From: Patescibacteria group bacterium | Lineage (GTDB): Bacteria > Patescibacteriota > Minisyncoccia > Phycocordibacterales > DATDWN01 | DNA length: 64,000 nt | Assembly: GCA_040384485.1 (NCBI GenBank) | Contig: JAZKJH010000003.1 | Location: forward strand, 144,979-208,978 | Direction of reading: 5' to 3' | Shown here: positions 10,226 through 19,273 of the stretch, piece by piece | Position numbering within the stretch: position 1 is the first letter of the stretch | Layout: every line of letters begins with the position of its first letter | The notes under the pieces: generated by a model | Databases searched by the model: none | What the model saw: only the letters and a program-made list of their open reading frames with translations | Told to the model about the DNA's origin: nothing | Translations under genes and position numbers: made by a program

Positions 10226-11050
10226 TTATATTGCTGAACCAGTTCGTTGTGCAAAGTAAGAATTTATGTCTAATAGTGCAAAGTTTAGATCTTCGCTTGT
10301 AGTGTTTTGATAGTGGTTTATTCCAGCTATTCCTGCTATTGGGTCGGAAACAGAGTCCCGCATAGCTTCAAGACTGGCGAGAATATTGCTGATGGCATTT
10401 AATAGTTTTAAATGATGCGAAGTTGCACTACTAGGCACTTCTATAGCCAACATGTCTTCAATAAAACCCTTAGTTATCCTAATTGTAGGGTCTAGTTTTA
10501 ATAAAACAGACTCATTTTCGGTCTCGATGGCAGTCATGGCGATATCTACTGGATTTTCTTTAACCTGGGTTGAGCTTTCTCTAAGAAGTCTGTTGACTGT
10601 GTTTTTGTAGCTAGTTACAAAATCTCGGTTGTTTTTGTTTACTATGTTTAAGTTTGCTTGGAGGTACACCGCCCCTTTTATCTGAGTATACTCAGGCATG
10701 GAGACAATATTTTTGGTTATTTGAGAAATCTCAGCGTCAGTGATAGTTCCATCGTCTCTAATAGATAAAAAGTACTGTGATAAAAAATCTTGAGATATTT
10801 TTGCAGTAAGGCTAGTGTCGTTAACAATTTCTTCGTCTACAGGTCTTACTACGCTTGATATTTCGTTTTGAGAAGAATCTACATCCGTTAGTATTTTTTG
10901 CCAGTCATTTTCAGTTTCTACAACAGCTCTGGGGTTTCCCGCAACCACTTGATTGTCTCCCTCGGTATTTTTTTCCTTTGTAAAAAGCCAAATACACGCA
11001 ACTATACTGGCTGAGATTATAAAAATTACAATAGTTTTATTACTAGGCAT
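10226..11050 (-). CDS. Hypothetical membrane-anchored protein
   Basis: 274-aa ORF with N-terminal TM; TATAAT 6 nt upstream of ATG. Confidence 0.75.
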   Translation of the reverse strand: MPSNKTIVIFIISASIVACIWLFTKEKNTEGDNQVVAGNPRAVVETENDWQKILTDVDSSQNEISSVVRPVDEEIVNDTSLTAKISQDFLSQYFLSIRDDGTITDAEISQITKNIVSMPEYTQIKGAVYLQANLNIVNKNNRDFVTSYKNTVNRLLRESSTQVKENPVDIAMTAIETENESVLLKLDPTIRITKGFIEDMLAIEVPSSATSHHLKLLNAISNILASLEAMRDSVSDPIAGIAGINHYQNTTSEDLNFALLDINSYFAQRTGSAI

Positions 11051-11102
11051 ACGAAGATTATACTGCCATAATACTTTTTTTCAAAACTACTTAAGGTATT
11101 CC

Positions 11103-12764
11103 CTATATAATTCCTTTTATATACACAAAATAGTATAAAATTAGGTATGAAATCGCTATGCCTGTTAGAAACACAAAACGCAACACAAAAATAGGCTTTT
11201 CTTGGTAAGGTTTCTTCATAATTAGTCTGTACCCTATGAGTGCAGAAGGCAAGGCAATAATATACAAAAGATAAAATGATAGAAATACCGGAACTAGAAG
11301 GATGCTAAGTGCAAAACAGTAGGCTACTATTTTTATTCCCCTCTCGCCAAAAAGAGTCGGTATTGTCATTATTCCATTTGCTCTATCACCAGCAACATCT
11401 TTGATATCTTTGAAGTTTATTGCCATAGTCACCATCAACACGATTCCTAGTGCCAAAAGAGATGGAAAAGCTGAAATTTGTTTCAGTGGAGATATAAAAA
11501 AGTATCCAGCTAGTATGGTGGCCAAACATGCCACTCCTATAAGAAATGAAGAAATAATAGGGAATCTTCTAAGTCTGAGTGGAGGAACAGAATATATATA
11601 TGAAGCTGCTATATACACCAAACTCATAAAAAAAGGATAAAAACCAGCAGCCCACGCGCCCAGTAGTCCAATAATTAACCACAACCTACCAACTTCCCGC
11701 ATCTCCTCAACAGTTAAAGTCTTTTCTATCAGAGGTCTGTTTGTGTTTGATATTTTATCTATTTCAACATCAGCTATATCGTTTGTGTGTACTGCATTCA
11801 TCCACAAACCAACCCAAGCCATGAGCAAACATACCACTCCTATAAAATCTACCCACATTATATTTGAGATAATCATGGGGTTGTTGAGATAGGCAAAGCC
11901 CATACCTGATAGAAGCGATAGAGTGTAAAAGTTTACCCTCTCCAGTCTCAAGTTTCTGATAACCGCAATAAATTTATTTTTATCTATTCTGTAAAATAAA
12001 AGTGATGCCGAAATAACCGAGATAATGAACAAGATTTGAGTCAGTATTTTATTAAAACCAAGTTCAAAAAACCTGGCATATGAAACAGAGGAAACCCCCT
12101 CTCTCCAAGTGTTGTGAGATATTGTGGATTCAAAAATAACTTTTTCAAAAAATACTAAACTGTTTTCATTAGTGCTTGTGAAAATATTTGAAACCGTATT
12201 AATAATTCCTGGTGTCGATCCAATAATAAATATGAGCAAATACAAAGAAAACATTCCTAACGCTATTCTTTTATATCCATTTTTATTAATCCATAAATAA
12301 CAACCAAAACCTAGTATCATAAGAGCAATTCCGAACCGCATTCCAGAAGTCACCCCTATATTTGATGTTGTTCCTAAAAAAGTAACGAAGTTAGTTAGTA
12401 TTTCCCAGTTTGTACTGAAAATATAAGTCATTTTGCTACCAACTCCCCCACTAAAAACAAGGTCAGCAATAGGGGCTAACCAAAGAATTGGAAGTCCAAA
12501 CAATAAAATTTTCGGAGCGTTTTTGTAATCTTTGTTGAAATATCCGACTAACAAAATAGAACAAAGTGATACAGATAAAAGGAATAGAATATAGTGAATG
12601 GTTGTGTGTGGATCCAAGGGCATTATGCCGTCCGAGGCAGGACTGGAGATGTATTCAAATATAAACCTAACGAACACGATTCCTAAAAAACCCATTATCC
12701 ATTCTGATATAGAGACTCGGGTGTTTTTGATAGTATCTAGGAAGTTTGTTAACAAGAGTGTCAT
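11103..12764 (-). CDS. UbiA-family prenyltransferase with an extra N-terminal membrane domain
   Basis: NDIADVEID..NRPL, YSVPPLRLRR and DIKDVAGD motifs in the C-terminal half. Confidence 0.8.
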   Translation of the reverse strand: MTLLLTNFLDTIKNTRVSISEWIMGFLGIVFVRFIFEYISSPASDGIMPLDPHTTIHYILFLLSVSLCSILLVGYFNKDYKNAPKILLFGLPILWLAPIADLVFSGGVGSKMTYIFSTNWEILTNFVTFLGTTSNIGVTSGMRFGIALMILGFGCYLWINKNGYKRIALGMFSLYLLIFIIGSTPGIINTVSNIFTSTNENSLVFFEKVIFESTISHNTWREGVSSVSYARFFELGFNKILTQILFIISVISASLLFYRIDKNKFIAVIRNLRLERVNFYTLSLLSGMGFAYLNNPMIISNIMWVDFIGVVCLLMAWVGLWMNAVHTNDIADVEIDKISNTNRPLIEKTLTVEEMREVGRLWLIIGLLGAWAAGFYPFFMSLVYIAASYIYSVPPLRLRRFPIISSFLIGVACLATILAGYFFISPLKQISAFPSLLALGIVLMVTMAINFKDIKDVAGDRANGIMTIPTLFGERGIKIVAYCFALSILLVPVFLSFYLLYIIALPSALIGYRLIMKKPYQEKPIFVLRFVFLTGIAISYLILYYFVYIKGII

Positions 12765-12766
12765 GT

Positions 12767-13552
12767 TTATTTAATTATACTGCAAAAACTAACCCATGTT
12801 TCTAGAGGTAAGTCCTCCGCTCTTATTTTTGTAGAAATTCCAAGTTTTTCAAAAGCAGTCAAAATGTTTTCCTTTTTATACAAAGACGACAGGTTTGGTA
12901 AAAGCTGCTTTCTTTTGTGGGCAAAACCAGCGTGAATAGTTTGAAAAAACACTGCTTCGTCTACACCCCCCAACCTTCCTTTTGATATATCTTCTATGAG
13001 TAGTATGGCTGAATCGACGTTGGGAGCCGGTACAAAAGAACCCGCTTTTACAGTTTTTATGTATTTAGGTGTTCCAAATGCTTTTACAGAAAGTGAAAGT
13101 AAACTCTCTTTGTTGTCTCGAGCTAGTATTCTGTCAGCTACTTCCTTTTGAACCATAAGAGTCATCGATTTTGGTTGGTTTTTTGTTTCCAAAAACATTC
13201 GTAGTATCTGACCTGTTATATAGTATGGGATATTGGCTATGACCTTGTAGGGCAGTTTGTAAAAAGACAGCACTCCCGGATCAAACTCAAGGATATCTTT
13301 TTCTAACACATCCAACTTTCCCGTAGAAATTTCTTTTGCAAATTTTTCTGTTAAAAAAGGTATGAGCCTGTGGTCTTTTTCTATGGCAATAACCTTGCCA
13401 GCAAGTTTTGTTAGGTATTGTGTGAGGACCCCTTCCCCTGGCCCTATTTCAAGCACAATATCACTAGGCACAATGTCGCTCGCGTCTATTATCGCAGAGA
13501 TAGCACTCTCTGATTTTAGGAAATTTTGCCCTAGTGATTTTTTGTGAAGCAT
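12767..13552 (-). CDS. rsmA: 16S rRNA m6,2A dimethyltransferase
   Basis: KKSLGQNFL, EIGPGEG, ANIPYYIT, PAPNVDSA. Confidence 0.95.
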   Translation of the reverse strand: MLHKKSLGQNFLKSESAISAIIDASDIVPSDIVLEIGPGEGVLTQYLTKLAGKVIAIEKDHRLIPFLTEKFAKEISTGKLDVLEKDILEFDPGVLSFYKLPYKVIANIPYYITGQILRMFLETKNQPKSMTLMVQKEVADRILARDNKESLLSLSVKAFGTPKYIKTVKAGSFVPAPNVDSAILLIEDISKGRLGGVDEAVFFQTIHAGFAHKRKQLLPNLSSLYKKENILTAFEKLGISTKIRAEDLPLETWVSFCSIIK

Positions 13553-13574
13553 GGTTGTATAATTCAGGTTGAAT

Positions 13575-15515
13575 CTAAAAATCTATTTTGAAAAATGATT
13601 CCTTTTCTACTTCTCCAAAAAATGATTCTTTGTCTATGTATTTTTTCGGTATATCGTCTATAAACTCCGAAGGCGAATTTACCTCCATTGAACCAAATAT
13701 AGTACGAGTGATAGCGTGAGTCAAAAACAGTTTGTGCCCTGCTCGCGTAAGTGCAACATAAAAAAGCCTTCTTTCTTCCTCTGCATCCTCCCCATCTTTT
13801 GCCCTCTCACCTCGTCGTCGGTGAGGAAATAGGTCGGCTTCTAGTCCACACACAAAAACATACTGAAACTCCAAACCTTTGGAGGAATGAACAGTCATAA
13901 GCTTTACTCCAGTTTTACTTCCATCCAAAGAGTCTTGGTCTGAAGTTAGTGCTACATCTGTAAGGAATTTTTCTATTCCCTCTTCGCTCTCATATATATC
14001 GTATTTGGTTGCGAGAGTTACAAGCTCCATTATGTTCTCAAGTCTATCAGTATCTTCCTCCAACCCTGTTTTATACATATCCTCCATACCGGAGTTTTTG
14101 ATGATATATTTCAGACTTTCACTAGGTTTTTCTTTTAGTAGAACCTCCTCAAAATCCAAAAGCATGTTTTTGAAACTATCTAGTTTGGCTTTTGTTCCAC
14201 TCGAAATCTCATCTTCTTTGCCGGTAAGGATTTTTTCCAAAGTAACCTTACCTATTCCTCTCGGTGGGATGTTTATAATCCTTGAAAAGTCACTTAAATT
14301 TTGAGGGTTTAGACTGGCTTTTACAAAACTAACCACATCCTTTATTTCTTTTCTCTCAAAGAATTTAGTCCCAAGCATTTGATAGGGCACCCCAAAAGCC
14401 ATAAAAGCATCTTCCAGCACTCGAGATTGGAAGTTGGCTCTATATAGAACAGCTATCTCCTCTGCACTCACGCCTTTTTCTAGTAAATCTTTTGAGCGGA
14501 GAGCTATAAAATGAGCCTCGTCTACTTCGTTCCTTGCTTCAAACAGGGTAATTTTCTCCCCTTCACTGTTTTCAGTAAAAAGTTTTTTAGGAATTCTAAA
14601 CTTATTCTTTTCTATAATCTCATTTGCAGCAGCCAAAATGTTTTTTGTTGAACGATAGTTCTGCTCTAGGAAGAAAGTTTGGACATCTGGATAGGTTTTT
14701 TCGAAGTGAAGCATGTTTTTTATCTCTGCTCCTCGCCAAGAGTAGATGTTTTGGTCAGTATCCCCCACCACACAGATATTTCGGTGTTTTTTAGCAAGCA
14801 TTTCTACAATGCTGTTTTGAACTTTGTTTGTATCTTGGTATTCGTCAATATGCACATAAAGAAAGCGTTCCTGGTATTTTTCCAGAACCTCCTTGTTTTT
14901 CTGGAGGAGTTTTAAGGTTTTTAAAAGCAAGTCGTCAAAGTCTAGGGCCTGCTCTCTTTTCAAAGTTGCTTCATATTTCTCCCAAACTTTTTTCACAAGC
15001 TCAGAAGTAAAGTCATAACTTCCTCTTTCCATGTATTCACTTAAACTCACTCCTCTACCTTTCTCATTTGAGATAATATGTCTCACTTTATCGGAATGCT
15101 CTTTTGGGTCGAGTCCTATGGCAACAACAGCATCTTTTACAGCTTTTTTGCTGTCTCCTTGGTCAAATATAGTAAAATGTCTTGGGATTTTTAAGATTTC
15201 AGCATTCTCTTTCAGAATTTGAACTCCAAGAGAGTGAAAGGTGCTCACAAAAGGCATAGTGCGTCGAAGATGTGCCATTGAAAGATCCTTTTCTATTAGG
15301 TCACGTACTCGTTCCCGCATTTCCTTCGCAGCTTTGTTGGTAAAAGTGATGGCCAGGATTTGTTCCGGTGAAACTCCACTAGCGACCAGGTGTAGTATTC
15401 GGTGAGTAAGTGTTTTTGTTTTTCCTGCCCCTGCCCCAGCGACGATAAGTACCGGTCCGTCAGTAGCGACAACTGCCTTTTTTTGCTCATCATTAAGAGA
15501 TTCTAGGTAATTCAC
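13575..15515 (-). CDS. pcrA: UvrD/PcrA superfamily I DNA helicase
   Basis: AGAGAGKT, DEYQDTN, GDTDQNIYSWRGA, QNYRS, HSSKGLEF, EERRLFYVALTRA. Confidence 0.92.
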   Translation of the reverse strand: MNYLESLNDEQKKAVVATDGPVLIVAGAGAGKTKTLTHRILHLVASGVSPEQILAITFTNKAAKEMRERVRDLIEKDLSMAHLRRTMPFVSTFHSLGVQILKENAEILKIPRHFTIFDQGDSKKAVKDAVVAIGLDPKEHSDKVRHIISNEKGRGVSLSEYMERGSYDFTSELVKKVWEKYEATLKREQALDFDDLLLKTLKLLQKNKEVLEKYQERFLYVHIDEYQDTNKVQNSIVEMLAKKHRNICVVGDTDQNIYSWRGAEIKNMLHFEKTYPDVQTFFLEQNYRSTKNILAAANEIIEKNKFRIPKKLFTENSEGEKITLFEARNEVDEAHFIALRSKDLLEKGVSAEEIAVLYRANFQSRVLEDAFMAFGVPYQMLGTKFFERKEIKDVVSFVKASLNPQNLSDFSRIINIPPRGIGKVTLEKILTGKEDEISSGTKAKLDSFKNMLLDFEEVLLKEKPSESLKYIIKNSGMEDMYKTGLEEDTDRLENIMELVTLATKYDIYESEEGIEKFLTDVALTSDQDSLDGSKTGVKLMTVHSSKGLEFQYVFVCGLEADLFPHRRRGERAKDGEDAEEERRLFYVALTRAGHKLFLTHAITRTIFGSMEVNSPSEFIDDIPKKYIDKESFFGEVEKESFFKIDF

Positions 15516-15844
15516 TTGAAAAGTATATCACACGGGCCCTAATTTTTGAGTTGTTAATAAGTTTTGTTGTTTTATTTTTTAAAATGACACCACAAAATTC
15601 AACTTTTGTGTCATTCAATCAAAATTTAACCTTATTTTAATTGGTGATAACTGGCATTGACCCAAAGACCACAATATATATACTTAATATGTTGTCGGAA
15701 AGGGTTTTATAAATATGGCTATATAGAGCCATTATTTATCTTCAGAAATACAGAATAAAAGTTAATTTTTAGCTTATTTTAGGTAAAAAACAAGATCCTA
15801 AATTTGATGCAGGTCTTAAAATCACAGACGCCCAGGAGGGCCGA

Positions 15845-16855
15845 GTGGGATTTGCTCAGATAGTGGTGAACATAAGGTCATTTATCTTCTCTTTTTTGAT
15901 AATTTCGACCACAATTATCCCTTTGCATGCCAACGCAGGAGTTATTTCTTTTATTTCCAACTTGTTTTCAGATGAGGTTTCTGCAGAGGAAATAGATACA
16001 CCTAGTCAAAATATGGCTTTGTTGCAAGCGCCTTTGTCGCCTATGGGAGCAATAGAGGAAAAAGTAGACGAACTAGTTATTGTTGATGACGCCGCTCTGG
16101 TTTCAGAAGTAGTTATGCCAGGAGAAGGTAAGACATCTAGTGATGATCAGATTAGTATTTATGTGGTTCGTTCTGGTGACACCCTACCAGCTATAGCCAA
16201 GATGTTTGGCGTTACTGTAAACACTATTAGATGGGCGAACGATATAAATGGGAATACAATAAAAGTGGGTCAAACCTTGGTTATTCTTCCTATTGATGGC
16301 GTTCAACATGTTGTTAAAAAAGGAGACACACTACAAAGCATCGCAAAGCAACACAAAGGCGATTTGGAGGAAATAATGCAATATAACAACCTAGCCAAAG
16401 ATGCAAAACTAGTTGTAGGAGATATAGTGACTGTTCCAGACGGTGAAATAGCTGCAACCCCAACACCTACTAAGAAACCAAGTTCAGGTGGAAGTAAATC
16501 CCCTAGCTACGCTGGATACTATATGAGACCTATCGTTGGTGGAATAAAGAGTCAGGGAATCCACGGTAAAAATGGAGTTGACCTAGTTTCTCATCATGGA
16601 GCAAACATTCTTGCTTCTGCAGCAGGAGAAGTCATCATCGCTCGAAGTGCTGGATATAACGGAGGATACGGATTGTATGTAGTAGTAAAACACAGTAACG
16701 GAACTCAAACTTTGTATGCTCACATGAGTAGTGTAAATGTAAGTGTTGGACAGAAGGTTTCCCAAGGAGATGTGGTGGGTAAGATGGGAAATACAGGAAA
16801 AAGCACTGGTACACACCTTCACTTTGAGATCCGAGGGGCCAAAAACCCATTCTAA
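15845..16855 (+). CDS. LysM x2 + M23 peptidoglycan endopeptidase (start codon uncertain)
   Basis: YVVRSGDTL and HVVKKGDTL LysM repeats; HxxxxD-like HGKNGVD, YAHM and HLHFE M23 motifs. Confidence 0.9.
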   Translation: MGFAQIVVNIRSFIFSFLIISTTIIPLHANAGVISFISNLFSDEVSAEEIDTPSQNMALLQAPLSPMGAIEEKVDELVIVDDAALVSEVVMPGEGKTSSDDQISIYVVRSGDTLPAIAKMFGVTVNTIRWANDINGNTIKVGQTLVILPIDGVQHVVKKGDTLQSIAKQHKGDLEEIMQYNNLAKDAKLVVGDIVTVPDGEIAATPTPTKKPSSGGSKSPSYAGYYMRPIVGGIKSQGIHGKNGVDLVSHHGANILASAAGEVIIARSAGYNGGYGLYVVVKHSNGTQTLYAHMSSVNVSVGQKVSQGDVVGKMGNTGKSTGTHLHFEIRGAKNPF

Positions 16856-17050
16856 AACTTCCAAATTTAGCGAAATCCCTACAGGATCAGTACACCTTTC
16901 ACATTTGATTACAAATGATCAAGGTTTTACGAAGTGATAATATCACTTCTCACCTCGTTCCTAGTTTTAAAACCCTCGTCACCTTACTAGGTGTAAGACT
17001 CCTTTTGTTCTAAAACTCTCACGTCGGATTTCATCTAAATTTGAAAGTTT
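16855..17050 (-). other. ~195-nt structured element closed by ~25-bp terminal inverted repeats (ncRNA or MITE candidate)
   Basis: 16855-16878 pairs with 17026-17050; both substitutions are G-U compatible on the minus strand; several internal hairpins. Confidence 0.45.
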
Positions 17051-17094
17051 GGTTTCATACTTAACCATCATAATTTTCTAAAGAAAAACCACAG

Positions 17095-17403
17095 CTAGTC
17101 TGTGGTTTTTTGTTCTGGCAGATCCGGCCTGCTCTGGTTTTTCAAATCCCTTAAGGTGAATATGTCCGCAAATGACATAAGCATTTGGATGGCGGTCAGA
17201 TGCCTGTTTGCTTTGCCGTATTGCTCAGGATTCATTATGTACTTCTTGGCGCCTTCACATAAGAAGTGTGCATGAGCAAGACGTTCATCAATACTCAAAG
17301 AACCAAAAGTTCTGTTCTCATCCATTTGGATTTTGGGAACCCCTTCTCTTAAGAGAAACTCTTCACAAGTTTCAACTACTGAGAGCATTTTTTCTGGTGT
17401 CAC
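17095..17403 (-). CDS. Orphan cassette protein, phage-like
   Basis: Own TTGACA (17449-17454), GAGG SD, terminator hairpin overlapping the stop; KANRHL..IQ motif. Confidence 0.7.
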   Translation of the reverse strand: MTPEKMLSVVETCEEFLLREGVPKIQMDENRTFGSLSIDERLAHAHFLCEGAKKYIMNPEQYGKANRHLTAIQMLMSFADIFTLRDLKNQSRPDLPEQKTTD

Positions 17404-17470
17404 ACTATCCTCACTTTCTATACTTAAATTTACTTTTTAAATGACGATTGTCAAACTAAGCTTGCGTAGC

Positions 17471-19213
17471 TTAAACTCTTTCGCCAATTTGTTGTCTCCA
17501 CATAGCGTAGTAGAGGCCTTTTTGTTCCAAAAGCTCTGTGTGGGTCCCATGTTCGGACACAACACCTTTTTCTAATACATATATTCTATTGGCATGCATT
17601 ATTGTAGAAAGTCTGTGCGCAACCAATATGGTTAAGTGATTTTTTGAATCGGTTATATTCCTTACTGTTTTGGTTATTTCTTCTTCAGTAATTGAATCCA
17701 ATGAAGAAGTTGCTTCATCAAAAACTAACAAATTTGGCTTGCGAAGCAAGGCTCTGGCGATAGATAATCTTTGTTTCTCTCCTCCAGATATCTTTACACC
17801 ACCTTCACCTATAACAGTATCAAGTCCTTTGTCGGCTCTTTGGAGTAGTGAGTCACAAGCACTTTCGTGTAAAACCCGAAGACACTCCTCGTCGGTGGCA
17901 GCAGGATTAACAAATAATAAGTTTTCCTTTATAGTGCCGGCAAAAAGTTGGGTGTCTTGTGTAACAAATCCAATTTGTTTTTGCAGGTCTTTGATGTTTA
18001 TCTCTTCAGACCTTACTTCATTGTAGCGGACTTCCCCTTCTGTGGGTCTGTACAGTGCTACCATCAGTTTCACTACACTTGTTTTTCCGGAACCAGACGG
18101 TCCTACAAAAGCAACTGTTTCTCCTTTATTAATTTTAAAAGAGATGTTTTCAATAGCATTGTTCTTCGAGCTTTTGTATGAAAAGGTAACACCTCTAAAC
18201 TCTATAGATTCTATTTTGGGTAAAGCTACAGGGCTAATACTCATGACTTCTACGGGTCTACTAACAATTTCTTTGTAACGTACCATAGATGCTTCAGCTT
18301 CCCTGTATGTATTTATTACCGCACCTATTTCTTGAAGAGGCCCAAAAACAAAGAAAGAGTAAACAAAAAGTGAGAAGAACTCCCCAAAAGTAATTATTTC
18401 AAGGAAAATTAAAACCATCATAAAAAGAAGAATAGCTGTACGCAAGAAGTTAATAATCGTTCCTTGTACAAAGCTGATACTGCGTAGATAGCGGAGTTTT
18501 TTGAGCTCTAACTCCAAGATTTTATTGGTGGTGTCGTTTAGTCTATCTATTTCTTGCTCTGATAATCCTAAGCTCTTTACAAGCTCGATATTACGAAGTG
18601 ACTCAGTGGTGGAACCGGCCAATGCTGAAGTTTCCAAAACAATTTTTTGCTGAATAGTTTTAACTTTTTTACTTAGAAAATAACTCACTCCACCAATGAT
18701 AGGGATGGTTAACCCAAAGGCTAGCGCCACTCCCCAATATAGGTTCAGTGCATAAACAGTTACAAAGATGAAACCAACCAAGGAGCTAAAAGTTATGTTT
18801 ATGGCCGAAATAATTAATCTCTCGCTGTCAGTTCTGGCTTTTTGCAGAATATTCAATGTTTCCCCACTCCTTTGGTCTTCAAATACTTCATATGGTAAGG
18901 CAAGAGAATGTTTTATTCCATCCGCATACATTTCAGCTCCAAGACGTTGAGTTATATTGTTTAGGTAATAGTCCTGAAAATTTTTGGCTACTCTAGAAAC
19001 GAAAGCAGTGCCAACTGCAAGTAGTAGCAAAAATCCTACTCCTTTTAGAAATTCTTCCATGGTGTATTCCCCAAACTTGGTAGCATAATTATCAATTACG
19101 TGTCGAAAAATGTAAGGATCGAGAAGAGAAAAAATCTGATTTATTGAAGCCAAAAGAAGTACCGCAATGCACAATTTCCAATATTTTTTTAAATAAGTAT
19201 ATAAAATTTCCAT
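17471..19213 (-). CDS. ABC exporter, fused permease + ATPase (MsbA-like)
   Basis: N-terminal TM domain, GPSGSGKT, ISGGEKQR, DEATSSLD, AHRLST. Confidence 0.92.
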   Translation of the reverse strand: MEILYTYLKKYWKLCIAVLLLASINQIFSLLDPYIFRHVIDNYATKFGEYTMEEFLKGVGFLLLLAVGTAFVSRVAKNFQDYYLNNITQRLGAEMYADGIKHSLALPYEVFEDQRSGETLNILQKARTDSERLIISAINITFSSLVGFIFVTVYALNLYWGVALAFGLTIPIIGGVSYFLSKKVKTIQQKIVLETSALAGSTTESLRNIELVKSLGLSEQEIDRLNDTTNKILELELKKLRYLRSISFVQGTIINFLRTAILLFMMVLIFLEIITFGEFFSLFVYSFFVFGPLQEIGAVINTYREAEASMVRYKEIVSRPVEVMSISPVALPKIESIEFRGVTFSYKSSKNNAIENISFKINKGETVAFVGPSGSGKTSVVKLMVALYRPTEGEVRYNEVRSEEINIKDLQKQIGFVTQDTQLFAGTIKENLLFVNPAATDEECLRVLHESACDSLLQRADKGLDTVIGEGGVKISGGEKQRLSIARALLRKPNLLVFDEATSSLDSITEEEITKTVRNITDSKNHLTILVAHRLSTIMHANRIYVLEKGVVSEHGTHTELLEQKGLYYAMWRQQIGERV

Positions 19214-19273
19214 AGGTCAACAGTATAACACGCAACGAAAGGGTTCCGAAAAGTTAATAGAAAAATATATTAG

